64,000 nucleotides of DNA from Neocallimastix sp. 'constans'. Lineage: Eukaryota. This document shows positions 14,341 to 25,515 of the stretch, in pieces; the stretch's first letter is position 1, and every line of letters begins with the position of its first letter. The notes beneath the pieces were generated by a model, which was not told the DNA's origin, did not search any database, and saw only the letters and a program-made list of their open reading frames with translations. Both the position numbers and the translations under genes were made by a program. The stretch spans positions 496,001 to 560,000 of the forward strand of contig JBODTK010000107.1 of the NCBI GenBank assembly GCA_050613775.1, written 5' to 3'.

Positions 14341-17300
14341 TTTTTGGTAAATTTTTGATATTCATTGATTTATTTGAATTAATAATAGATTTATGTGAAT
14401 CATTATTGTTGTCATATGTTAAATGTGATTCATTAGTGTTATTTGAAATTATTGTTTTAAAATTTTTTGATATGATATGAATGTGATTTTGCTTCAGCCA
14501 ATAGATTTTCTTGAAAGTTTTCTTCATTTTTTGAAAAATTTTTATTATTAAAATATTTTTTCATATTAATATTATTTATTGTAAAATTCTGTAAATTTTG
14601 GCTTGATTTTTTGTTATTTAAAAATATTTTATTTTTATCAAAATTTTCAAATTCGCTTATTTTTTCTTTTCCTTTGTTCCTGCTGGAAGTTGAGGAGGCG
14701 TAAGCAGGATCTTCTGGTTTATATTTTTCAATAATGTTAGAATTAAAATTGGTATTCTTAGTATTATATTCTAAACTTTTTATTATAATTTTTATTTATT
14801 ATTTCTAAATTTCTATTTATCTCATTCAAATAATTATTTTTAGAAAATTTTTGTCAACATTGTTGGAATTGAATTTCAATTTAAATTCACAATTATTTTT
14901 ATTTTTAATTTCAGGATTAATTTTTGAATTAATTTCAACATCTTTATTTAAATTATGGTAATTTTTCTGATTTATATCTTTATTATCAAAATCTTGGTTT
15001 TCTTCATTTAACGATATATTATTGACATGCTTATTTTTAATGTAATTACTTTTATGTTCTGTATTTATAATGAAAGGACTACTAAGTCCTTTCATTATTA
15101 ATATTTTCATTTAAAATGTTTTCTTCATTTAAGATGTTTCTTCCATTAAAATTATTTTCATTGTTTATATTATTATCTTCATTTATATTATTTTCTGGAT
15201 TCCTGTCTTTTCTATTGTTGTCTTTCATAAATGAGAAGTAAGAGTCTTTATAATTGCTTGTTTCGTATTTGTATTTACTAGGCTCTTCTTCAACGAATTC
15301 TACATCGTTAGTGTAATGCATTTTATTATTTTCAATATCCATGATAATATATGAATATTTTTTATCATCAAATCCCAAGAAAACGCCCTTCTTAGCATTT
15401 GGTAAAAATTTTGATTTGTGTTGTGTATCATCCCTGTAATAACACACACAATCAAAAGTTTTTAAATGTTTTAACTCTACCTTTTTGTTATAAAATACTT
15501 CATTGGGTATTAAAAATTTATTTCCTGAATGGGGAATTAAGTTATATATGTAGCATGCCTGTTTTATGGCAAAATTCCAAAAGTTTTCTGATAATTCTGC
15601 CCAATGTAGAAGAGTTTTAGCTGAATTTCTAAGAGTTCTGTTTATTCTTTCAGCTTTTCCATTAACTTCAGGACAACCTGGGGGAGAATAGGTTTTTTCT
15701 ATTCCATTTTCTTTATAGTATTTATTAACTGTTTTATTTTAAAATTCCTTTCCTCCATCTGATTTAAATATTTTAATATTATATTCTTCAAATTGGTTAT
15801 TTAAGTATTTGAAGAATTCTACAATTAATTCGGGGGCTTCGGCTTTAGATTTTAAAGTATATATCCATACTTTTCTTGAGAATTCATCCATGAATGTAAT
15901 AAAGTATTTTTTATTATTAATAGATGAATTGTATGGACCTGAAATGTCTGAATGTATTATTTCTAATATTTTCGTAGCTTTTGGTGTTTTTCCTTCCGTG
16001 TGATTTCCTTGACATTTTAGCTACTTTACATTCTATGCATTTAGGAGTTTTTATTTGGTGTAAACTTAGATATTTGTTTATGTTTTCTAGGTAATAATGA
16101 CCTAGTCTTCTATGCCAAATTTCAAGGCTTTTTTCATCAACTTCGTTTAAAGCCATAATATTTTTATCCTTTTCTTCAATGTTTTTATTAATCTTGTAAG
16201 TATTTTACTAAGAATTGATTATCATTTGTAGAATAATAAGTTCCTATATATACATTATTTGGACCCCATAAGTTAAATCTACCACGTGTATAATCATCAG
16301 TGTCAATAATGACTCTATATCTTATTTTGGCTAGTTCTATTCCACTAATAAGATTTTTAGTTGCAGATTTTGAATATAATACCCTGTCTAGTCGTACATA
16401 TATTCCATTAAAGTAACATTCGTAAGTACCATATCCTTCGAAGCTACACATTGTCCCATTGGCACATCTTAACTTTATTTTTCAGTGAATAAAATTATTT
16501 AGTAAATTAAAATCATTAGTTATATGTTCTCCAGCACCAGTATCATATAACCATTCACTAGTCTTATCATTTTCTTCATAATAATTGATGTTGTTTACAT
16601 ATAATTCCTCTTTTTTATTAGGAATTGTTATTTCCTTTGGAATAATAAATTATCATTCACGTATTCAATTAATCCAGAAAATTTAACCTTATTGTTAATG
16701 TTTATTTCTTCTTGTTTTTCTATCAGTGCCCTTGCGTCTTCAAAATCAAAATTATCATCATAACTACTGGCACTGTCTGGATCAGAAATTTTACTTATTA
16801 AATGTAAAGACTTCTTTGGATAATCATTTAATGTGGTCTTTACTTGAAGCTTTTCTTGACTCCCTTTATTATGATTTGACTTCGTCTTCATATTATAAAT
16901 GCAGTTTCTGGTAGAGTGTCCTTTAACTTCACAAATGTGGCAATATGATTTATTATTATTGTCTTTGTTACTATTATCTTTATTATTATTGTTATATTGG
17001 TTACCATTTTGCTTTCCTCTGTTCTTAGAGTCAGAGCTTTTATTACTATGGTTGTTGTGTTGATTTTTCTTTGAGGAATTACTAGTTCTTCTTCCTCTAC
17101 CGATAAAATCTAGATTCATTGGATCATCTTTTTCAATGGTTTTGTTATCTTCCCAATTTTCTAGGTAAGATTTTGCATAAATAAAACTTTTGAGATTATT
17201 AATATATACATTAGGGTCACTATTCAAATTAATTTGAATGATATTTTTATAATCATCCGGTAGTATGTTATAGAGATATTTTAATTTTTCCTTATCAGTG

Positions 17301-17907
17301 ATCTCCACATGTTGTTCTTCCATATCATCGAAAGTTTCTTTCATAAGTTCTAGCTTTTCGATGATTTGATTTCTGTCTCTGGCTTTAATACTTCTTAACC
17401 TTTTAAGCCAGTATTCCATATCAGCATTTGAATATCCGTATTTTGATTTGAGTCTTTCCATTATACGGAAACCATTATTAAGTTGCTGATTTCTCTTAAA
17501 ACAGAATCATCGACATTCTTACTGATCATGAGTATCATGTCAGCATCGATCTTTTCTGCTTCCTCAACTAATCTGATATGATTAAGAGGATTACCAAAAA
17601 AGTTAGTTAACTGAGTATCGATATCAACGTCATTGTTTCGATTAACCTCAGCATTATTGTTTCGAATAGGTGCAGCAGGAGCTTGCGGCAACATTTTGGT
17701 AATTAATTTAGTAATTACCTTGTTGGTAACATCGTTGACATTGGGGTTATAATTAAAACCTATATCATTAAGTTTTCCAACGACGTCGACTTCCATGAAT
17801 TCCTTAATGCCTTGACGTTTAGCGTCATTGTCAATAAGGAATTTCCACTCATTATAGTTGGATTTTCCATGGAGGCGTTGATCCTTAGCTAAGTTAAAGT
17901 CTTGCAT
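14341..17907 (-). pseudogene. Disrupted gag-pol of copia element A (gag, CCHC knuckle, protease, GAG-pre-integrase, integrase core and C-terminal linker)
   Basis: MQDFNLAKDQRLHGKSNY..W gag start; CHICEVKGHSTRNC knuckle; WLYDTGAGEH protease (~16550); IWHRRLGH...C..C; HSDISGP and KSDGGKEF integrase; KGVFLGF. Multiple frameshifts and stops. Confidence 0.9.
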
Positions 17908-17968
17908 GATTTCGAAGCGGTGAGGCAGATTAATTAAGTACTTTTAATAATAAATGATATGAGTCAAC

Positions 17969-17982
17969 TGAGACTCTTAATC
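17969..17982 (-). promoter_or_regulatory. Primer-binding site of element A, complementary to the tRNA-Lys(CUU) anticodon arm
   Basis: Minus strand GATTAAGAGTCTCA directly abuts the LTR end. Plus strand TGAGACTCTTAATC matches positions 27-40 of the common eukaryotic tRNA-Lys(CUU) as I recall it. Confidence 0.8.
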
Positions 17983-18294
17983 TGTTAGCTTTATTAAATT
18001 TAGATTTATAATAATATTCCTTATGGTATATGGTATACAAGGGAAATAAGTGTATGATCTATCTTTCAGCTTTAAATAAGTAATAAAGTCTTACTACATG
18101 AGTTTTCCATAACATAGAATAAATTAAAAATTAATTAAATAAATATTAAAAGATAATTAAAGATTTATACAAGACGATAGATCATAATACATTTAAGTAA
18201 TCATCAAATATTAATAAATAAATACACATAAATATAAATAAATACTATAAATAAATAAATTAAATATATAGTTAAATTATGAGTGCAGTCAACA

Positions 18295-18301
18295 ATTATT
18301 C

Positions 18302-18377
<76 letters not shown>
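18295..18377. repeat. (TTA)n microsatellite separating copia elements A and B
   Basis: Near-perfect TTA run with one interruption. Confidence 0.95.
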
Positions 18378-18384
<7 letters not shown>

Positions 18385-18636
18385 GTTTAATATTTATTTA
18401 TTAATAATTAGATATATAACGCAAGTGTTATATAAATGGTTAACAAAGATTTAAAGTACAGATAAAATTACATGTTTTTATATTTAATTGTGGCTTGTTC
18501 TAGATACATACTAATTTATATTTTAATTTGTAATTACAATATATTTAATATAATTTAATTTAATATTTTATTAAACTTAAGCTAGACTATAACTTTATAT
18601 TAATAAAATTAACATACGTTAACACTCCCCCTCAAA

Positions 18637-20874
18637 TTAGATTTTTTTAATATTAAAAATCTTATTTGCAAATATACTCATTTTTGTACCATTAACATCT
18701 TTAGTGAGAGCGTCAGCTAACATTTCTTTTGTATCTTTGTATTCTAATTTTACTTTCCTTTTTACTATATTATCTCTATTAAAATGAAATCTAATATCTA
18801 TGTGTTTTAACTTTGTATTGATTTCACCATTTTCAAAAGTTATTTTACTTGCTAAATTATCTGTGAAAATGGTAATTGTTTTATTATAATTTATTAATTC
18901 TTTTAAAATATTTCTGATCCATAGAATTTTTTTAATATTTTCGGATGTGCTAATGTATTCTGCTTCTGCTGTAGACGTAGCTACACATGTTTGTTTTTTA
19001 GAAATCCAGCATATGGGACTGTTTCCCATAAGTATTATTCCACCAGACGTAGATTTCCTGTCATTTAGATCACCTCCAAAATCGGCATCAGTGTATGCTA
19101 TTATTTCCCCTTGTCCATCATATACAATTTTATAATCTTTAGTATTATTTATATATCTGAAAATATTTGTTATTTTATTCCAGTCTGATATTGTGGGTTT
19201 TTCTGATTTTCTGGCAGCCTTGTTCACGGAGAATGCGATATCTGGCCTTGTGCATTTTGATAGATATATTAAGGAACCTATAGCACTCTTGTAGATTGTT
19301 TTATTGAAAGGTTTATTATTTTCAGAGATAGTGTTGTCTCCTGTGCATGGTGTTTTTCTTTTTCTCATTTCTTTTATATTAAATTTGTCTAACATATTAT
19401 TTATAAAACTATTTTGTGATATAATATATTTATTCTTTTGTTTTTCAATTTTTATGCCAAATATGAATTCGGCTGGTCCACAATTTGATATTTTAAATTT
19501 TTCTTTAATTTTTGTAATTATATTTTGTATTTCTTTGTCTTCACCAGTTATGATCATATCGTCTACATATAAACCTATAATGCATTTGGTTTTATTATTC
19601 TTTGAATATTTAAATATACACTTTTCAGATTTTATTTGTTTAAATCCATTTTTATTTAAAAATTTTGTAATCGTTTGGTTCCATTGCCTACCGGATTGTT
19701 TTAATTCGTATAGTGCTTTATTGAGTTTCCAGAATCCCCGCCCAAAGTTAGTATCACCTAGTGGAATAGTAGTGTAAATATCAGTATCTAATGGAGCGTT
19801 GAGATACGCAGCTTTAATATCTAATTGGTAGATATTCCAATTAAACTTAGCTGCTAAAGCGATAATAAGCTTTAATCCATCAATGTTTAAGGTAGGAGAA
19901 TAAGTAAGTTCATAATCAATACCTCTACGTTGTTTAAAACCTCTAGCAACTAGGCGAGCTTTAAATCTAACAATATTATTATTAGAATCTTTTTTGGTAG
20001 CAAAAACCCATTTTGTAGAAATAAGATTTTTGTTTTTAGGAATGTAATTAACGATGGACATAACATTATTATTGTATAAATTATTAAGTTCATCTTGTAT
20101 AGCTTTATACCAGTAATTTTTATTAGGACAATTAATAGCTTCATTAAAACTATTAGGTGTATCAGAGTAAATTGTAAAAACCATTTTTTCATTATTGGAA
20201 ACATCATATTTAGGCCGAGAGATATCATTAGTAATATTAAAGAAAGTTTCAGGACTTAAAGGACGTTTGAGTACGGACTGATTGTTAATCCCTGTCATAT
20301 TATCAGTCATATTTACATCTTGGTCAGAAATAATGGAAATAATATTATTATTAATATAATTAGTATCAGAACCTAAATCATGGTTAATAGAATAAGAATC
20401 CTGGGGAGTTTTATCGCCAATAGGAATAACATCATTTTCATCTAAATTTGAACAATTAGAATTGTTAATTGATAGATTATCATCAACAACATTATCTAGT
20501 AAATTTTCATTTGTAGCAATAATATTATTATTAAAATTGTCATCTTTAATATTTTTAGTGACAGAATCTTCATTATTTAAAGATTTATTAAGGGAAAGTT
20601 TAAATGTTTTATCAAAAGTATCATTTGTTACAGATGTATTGATTTTATTATTATCATTAATTATATTTTTATTATTGACATTTTGAAAAAAAATTTTATT
20701 AATAAATTTTTGATTAATTTTTGAAAAATTTTTAAGTTTCATAGATTTATTACAATTATCATTAATTTTATGTAACTTATTATCTTTATCAATAAATGTT
20801 GTAGATTCACGTGATGTAATAAAAGATTTTAATTTAGTGGAATTATTATTCATAATATTATTATTCTTCGTCAT
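18637..20874 (-). CDS. Copia reverse transcriptase (RVT_2) and RNase H portion of pol
   Basis: KWVFATK...RFKARLVARGFKQ, QLDIKAAYLNA, LYVDD, TRPDIAF, YTDADFGGD...RKSTSG, STAEAEY, KHIDIRFHF, MLADALTK. Confidence 0.95.
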   Translation of the reverse strand: MTKNNNIMNNNSTKLKSFITSRESTTFIDKDNKLHKINDNCNKSMKLKNFSKINQKFINKIFFQNVNNKNIINDNNKINTSVTNDTFDKTFKLSLNKSLNNEDSVTKNIKDDNFNNNIIATNENLLDNVVDDNLSINNSNCSNLDENDVIPIGDKTPQDSYSINHDLGSDTNYINNNIISIISDQDVNMTDNMTGINNQSVLKRPLSPETFFNITNDISRPKYDVSNNEKMVFTIYSDTPNSFNEAINCPNKNYWYKAIQDELNNLYNNNVMSIVNYIPKNKNLISTKWVFATKKDSNNNIVRFKARLVARGFKQRRGIDYELTYSPTLNIDGLKLIIALAAKFNWNIYQLDIKAAYLNAPLDTDIYTTIPLGDTNFGRGFWKLNKALYELKQSGRQWNQTITKFLNKNGFKQIKSEKCIFKYSKNNKTKCIIGLYVDDMIITGEDKEIQNIITKIKEKFKISNCGPAEFIFGIKIEKQKNKYIISQNSFINNMLDKFNIKEMRKRKTPCTGDNTISENNKPFNKTIYKSAIGSLIYLSKCTRPDIAFSVNKAARKSEKPTISDWNKITNIFRYINNTKDYKIVYDGQGEIIAYTDADFGGDLNDRKSTSGGIILMGNSPICWISKKQTCVATSTAEAEYISTSENIKKILWIRNILKELINYNKTITIFTDNLASKITFENGEINTKLKHIDIRFHFNRDNIVKRKVKLEYKDTKEMLADALTKDVNGTKMSIFANKIFNIKKI

Positions 20875-20979
20875 TAGTCTGAATTTAAATTATGAGTTTT
20901 AATTATTTTACCATTATCCAATGGTTGTAAATTAAATTTTTCTTCATTTTTTGAATAATTTTTATTATTAAAATTTTTT

Positions 20980-22545
20980 TCATTTTTTAAATTTAGAAAT
21001 ATCAATATTTTCTTTAAGCGTTTTTACAGGAGTACTGGCAGGGGAATTTTCGGTTGGCTTGGAATCATTTATATTTGAGTTAACAGTATTAATCAGAGTC
21101 GGTAAAACGATATCATTTTTACAGGATTTTTTACTATATTCCTTATGGGTAATTGAAGGATTTTCAGCATCTTTTCCTTTTTCTGCCCAATTATGTTTAT
21201 TTTTATAAGAATAACTGCATTCACCTTTTTCAATGTAAGAATTATTTACCACATTTTTTAATGAATGATTCAAATTATTTTTATTGTTTACATGGATATT
21301 GGTAAATATAAAATCATTATTATTATTATTTAAAGAATTGTTATTGACATTTTGAAGTATATTTTGGTTTTCTAGTACTGTGTTAGTATTTTGTTTATTA
21401 TAATTTTTATTTAAACGAACTATATTATTGTTACTATGTTTTACATTAGTTGAAATTTCATTATTTACCTCAGAAATTACATTTGAATTAATATTATTTT
21501 TTGCGTATAAATTATTTTGTTCTAAAGTAATATTGTGTTTATTGTTATGTGTGTTATTTGTTTTATTAAAATCCAATAGTTTATTTGTTTTTGTGTCCTT
21601 TTCTAAGGTTATGGTTTTAATTTTGTTATTTTTATTGTTTAAATTAATTATATCGTTGTTGTTAATATTATAAACCATATTTTCTTTACCTTTATCTATA
21701 TTTTTATTATTATTCATATTATCTAAAGTATTAATAATTATTTTCGTGTTATTATCATGTAAATTATTTTCTGCTTTTATTTTATTATCCTCGTTATCCA
21801 TGTTCATATTATTTAAATTATCGTTTACAATAATGTTATTTAAATCAATATTATTATTATTTTCATTTAAATTATTATTTTCATTGTTTAGAACATTATT
21901 TATGTTTTCTATATTATTAATTACATTTTCATTTATAATATGATTATTTTCATTATTATTATTATTTACTATATTATTATCAATTTTTGTAAAAGAGAAA
22001 TATGGGTCCACAAATCCTTCTTTCTCATATATATAGTTTGCTGGACATTCCTCTAAACATTCTACTTCTCTGACATGGTGTATTCTTTTGTTTTTTATGT
22101 CCATAATCCTATATGAGTAATTTTTCTTGCTGAAACCAAGAAATATTCCTTCCTTAGCTTTTGGAGTGAAATTGGATTTGTTTTCCATATTATCAATATA
22201 ATAGCATTTACATCCAAAAGTTCTTAAGTGTTTTAAAGAAATACTTTTTCCTGATATGACTTCATCAGGTATTAAATTATTATTTCCTTCATGAGGAATC
22301 ATATTATACAAATAAGCCGCATGTCTTACTGCATATTCCCAGAAATTTTCAGATAATTTTGCCCAAAATAATAAAGTTTTAGCTGTGTTTTTTATTGTTT
22401 GATTTATCCTTTCGGCTTTTCCATTATTTTCTGGACAATATGGTGGAGAGAATGATTTTTCAAATCCATTATATTTACAGTATCTTCTTATTTTCTTATT
22501 TTTATATTCTTTACCACCATCTGTTTTAAATATTTTGATTATTTA
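20980..22545 (-). pseudogene. Copia integrase core/C-terminus plus long Asn-rich linker; N-terminal part deleted
   Basis: The frame opens at IKIFKTDGGKEY (~22540) and runs through SPPYCPENNGKAERINQT, FWEYAV and TFGCKCY...EGIFLGF. The HHCC finger and first catalytic Asp region seen in element A are absent. Confidence 0.88.
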
Positions 22546-24094
22546 TTATACTTTTTGTGTTTATTTTAAATTGATTAAAATCAGTTGATAGAAACGTTCC
22601 GATAACATTTTTATCACAGTCAGATATAGTCAATTTTACTTTTTCTTGACTTATTGGCTCAATAACGGATGTTATACCTATTTTTGCGAATTCGATGGCA
22701 CTTATCAAGTTTTTATGTGCCTTTTTTGAATATAACACTTTGTTTAATTTTATATGGTAGTTGTTTATGGTAAATTCACAACTACTATATCCTTCAAAGT
22801 CTAAAGTAGTATTGTTTGCACATCTTAGTTGTACAAAATCTTCTTTATAATCTTTCAAAAGGTTTTTATCATTAGTTACATGTTCGTAAGCTCCACTATC
22901 ATAATACCATTCAACTGTTTCGTTACTTTCTATATTTCTTTCAATTATGTTTACAGATTTTTCATCATTATCTATATTATATGGTTCATTTATTGATTCA
23001 ATTAGCAAAGCATCATTAATATGTGGTTCACATAATGGTCTGATGTCTTCAAAATTATCATATCTTTCGCTGTCACTTTCTTCATATTTAGAAGTTATTT
23101 TTTCCACTAAACCAAATGATTTTAATTCTTTTTCTTCATTTTTATGGTTTTTCTGGTAGAGTGATTGTTGCCTCCCTTCCTTTTTGTTTTCTTTTGCTTT
23201 CATATTGTATTTACAATCTTTTGTGAGATGTTCTCTTATCTCACAAATATGACAATATAAATTTTTGTTAGTTTTGTTATTGTTTCTGTTTATTTTCTTA
23301 ACAAAACCTTTTCCTTTATGATAGTTTTTATTTTTATAACGTTTTTCAATTAGATCTATATCCATTGGATCATCATGCTCATCCATTGTATTTTCCCAAT
23401 TTTCTAGATATGATCTAGCTGAAATTCTATCTTTTATACTTTCATATAATTGTCTGGCGGTAGTTTCTAAAGTTACATCTATAATGTTTTTAAAGTCATT
23501 TGGTAAAATATTGAACATGTACTTTAATTTTTCCCTTTCAGTCAAATTTACTCCAGCATCTTCCATTTCACCGAATATTTCATTTACGCTATCAGCCATC
23601 TTCATTATTTGGCTGCGATCATTTGCCTTAAGTTTTCGCAATTTCTTGAGCCAGTATTCAGTGTCATTATTCTTATCACCGTATTTTGAAGTTAGTTTTT
23701 CCATAATTGTGAATGTTTTCTTCATTCTACTAACTTCCCTTAATATTTTTTCTTCAACGTTTTGAATCACCATAAGCATTAACTGAGAGTCTTTCTCTTC
23801 TGCTTTAGCAATGATTCTATTTCGGTTTTGAGTAAACACTTCATTGTAGTTTACATTTTCTCCATGATTTAATTGTAATTCCTCAATAATCTTCAGGATA
23901 GCTTTTACCGTCTTAGATTCTTCATTAGGATTAAGTCTATAGTTATTATCCTTCAGGTGAGAGATAACATCTTCTTCAATGAATTCTTCCATTCCATATC
24001 TCCTAGCTGCAGTCATGATAAGGAAATTCCATGTGGCAAAATTGGATACACCACGAAGACGTTGGTCCTTAGCTAAGTTAAATTGATAGGCCAT
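22526..24094 (-). CDS. Copia gag and aspartic protease of element B
   Basis: FNLAKDQRLRGVSNFATW gag start; CHICEIREHLTKDC knuckle; WYYDSGAYEH protease; NLISA motif. Confidence 0.92.
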   Translation of the reverse strand: MAYQFNLAKDQRLRGVSNFATWNFLIMTAARRYGMEEFIEEDVISHLKDNNYRLNPNEESKTVKAILKIIEELQLNHGENVNYNEVFTQNRNRIIAKAEEKDSQLMLMVIQNVEEKILREVSRMKKTFTIMEKLTSKYGDKNNDTEYWLKKLRKLKANDRSQIMKMADSVNEIFGEMEDAGVNLTEREKLKYMFNILPNDFKNIIDVTLETTARQLYESIKDRISARSYLENWENTMDEHDDPMDIDLIEKRYKNKNYHKGKGFVKKINRNNNKTNKNLYCHICEIREHLTKDCKYNMKAKENKKEGRQQSLYQKNHKNEEKELKSFGLVEKITSKYEESDSERYDNFEDIRPLCEPHINDALLIESINEPYNIDNDEKSVNIIERNIESNETVEWYYDSGAYEHVTNDKNLLKDYKEDFVQLRCANNTTLDFEGYSSCEFTINNYHIKLNKVLYSKKAHKNLISAIEFAKIGITSVIEPISQEKVKLTISDCDKNVIGTFLSTDFNQFKINTKSIINNQNI

Positions 24095-24154
24095 CTTAAT
24101 ACTTTGTTAAAATCGATTTTTAAATTTAAAGCTTTGTAATTTATTATAGAGTAC

Positions 24155-24168
24155 TGAGACTCTTAATC
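24155..24168 (-). promoter_or_regulatory. Primer-binding site of element B (same tRNA-Lys(CUU) anticodon-arm match)
   Basis: ACTGAGACTCTTAATC (24153-24168) is identical to 17967-17982 although the adjacent LTRs are unrelated. Confidence 0.8.
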
Positions 24169-24441
24169 TATTATTGTTTAATATTTATTTATTAATAATT
24201 AGATATATAACGCAAGTGTTATATAAATGGTTAACAAAGATTTAAAGTACAGATAAAATTACATGTTTTTATATTTAATTGTGGCTTGTTCTAGATACAT
24301 ACTAATTTATATTTTAATTTGTAATTACAATATATTTAATATAATTTAATATTTTATTAAACTTAAGCTAGACTACAACTTTATATTAATAAAATTAACA
24401 TACGTTAACAATTATTATTATTATTATTATTATTATTATTG

Positions 24442-24994
24442 GGGGAGGTGCATTTCGAAAAATTTCATTTCTGAAAGTTTCATTTCGGAAAATTTACATA
24501 AAAAGTTTCATTTAGCAAAAATTTTTTATAAAGTTAATAAATAAATAAATAATAAAACAAATAAATAATATATATAATTTAAATAAATAACTAAATAAAT
24601 AAATAAAACTATAATAAAATAAATTTAAATTAAATTTTTTAAAAAAAAGAAATATATATATATACATATATGTAATAAATATTCATTAGAATTAAAGCTT
24701 TAAAAAAATAAAATATTTTATCATACATTTTAAATGTTCTATAATATATAATTAATAATTTTATATATATATAAAAATAAGTATTAATAATTTAAAAGAT
24801 GTATAAAGATAATAATTTAAAATATAACTATTAAAATTAAAAATAATTAAAAAATAATTATTATAAAGATTAAAAAATAATATATAAATAATTAATTGAT
24901 CATTTTACACCTTTTAAGTCCTTGCGCAGTATTTTAAAAAAATCTTAAATTACTAATAAATTTTTTTAATAAAAGAAATATTTATAAATAATTC

Positions 24995-25028
<34 letters not shown>

Positions 25029-25328
25029 TGAGGACATCATAAAAAAGGAAGTTAAAAGTAGCACAAAGCTAGGATGATTTTAGGTAGTATCTATTTTTTT
25101 TATTTTTTATTTTAATATTTTATATTTTATATTTCATTTTTTTTTTTTTTATTTTATATTTTATATTTTTTTTTTTTTATTTTATATTTTATAATTTTTT
25201 TTTTTATTATTTTATTATTTATTTATTTATTTTATTATTTATTTATCTATTTATTAAAATTTTGCGAAATGAAACTTTTCCGAAATGGAACTTTTGAGAA
25301 ATGAACTTTTGCGAAATGCCACACACTC
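24442..25328. mobile_element. Non-autonomous Mutator-like (MULE/foldback) element
   Basis: Left end GGGGAGGTGCATTTCG with tandem CATTTC subrepeats; right end carries inverted GAAATG subrepeats ending GCGAAATGCCACACACTC. 9-bp TSD TTATTATTG (24433-24441) / TTAATATTG (25329-25337), 8/9 match. No ORF. Confidence 0.78.
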
Positions 25329-25515
25329 TTAATATTGTTATTAACGAATATGTAGTATAAATTAAATATGTAATTTTGACCAATAATAATAGTTCTTAAT
25401 AAATAATTAATTAATAATAAAGTTTAATTAATTTTGTAATTTATATAAAAATATGAATAAGCATATTTCAAAAAAAAAATTATTGTAATTTTTCTTTATT
25501 TCATAATTAAAAAAA

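Larger units (their letters stand above)
14132..18294 (-). mobile_element. Ty1/copia element A, internally deleted (no RT/RNase H); 5' LTR 17983-18294, truncated 3' LTR 14132-14340
   Basis: 14132-14340 repeats 17983-18185. The 5' LTR reads TGTTGAC...GCTAACA on the minus strand. ATTAT flanks both sides (14127-14131, 18295-18299). Order of remnants is gag, protease, integrase. Confidence 0.92.
18378..24410 (-). mobile_element. Ty1/copia element B, near full length; 5' LTR 24169-24410, 3' LTR 18378-18624
   Basis: LTRs differ, as far as I can see, by one substitution and one 5-bp indel. PBS 24155-24168; PPT GAGGGGGAG (18625-18633, minus) abuts the 3' LTR. Domain order gag-PR-IN-RT-RH; ATTAT flanks. 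Confidence 0.96.

Noticed and set aside
17967..17982. tRNA-Lys gene
   Set aside because: Only the anticodon arm is present, with no acceptor, D or T arms; it is a PBS.
20875..20980. Programmed frameshift or readthrough between integrase and RT ORFs
   Set aside because: The break lies in A-homopolymer runs and copia pol is normally continuous; mutation or sequencing error is more likely.
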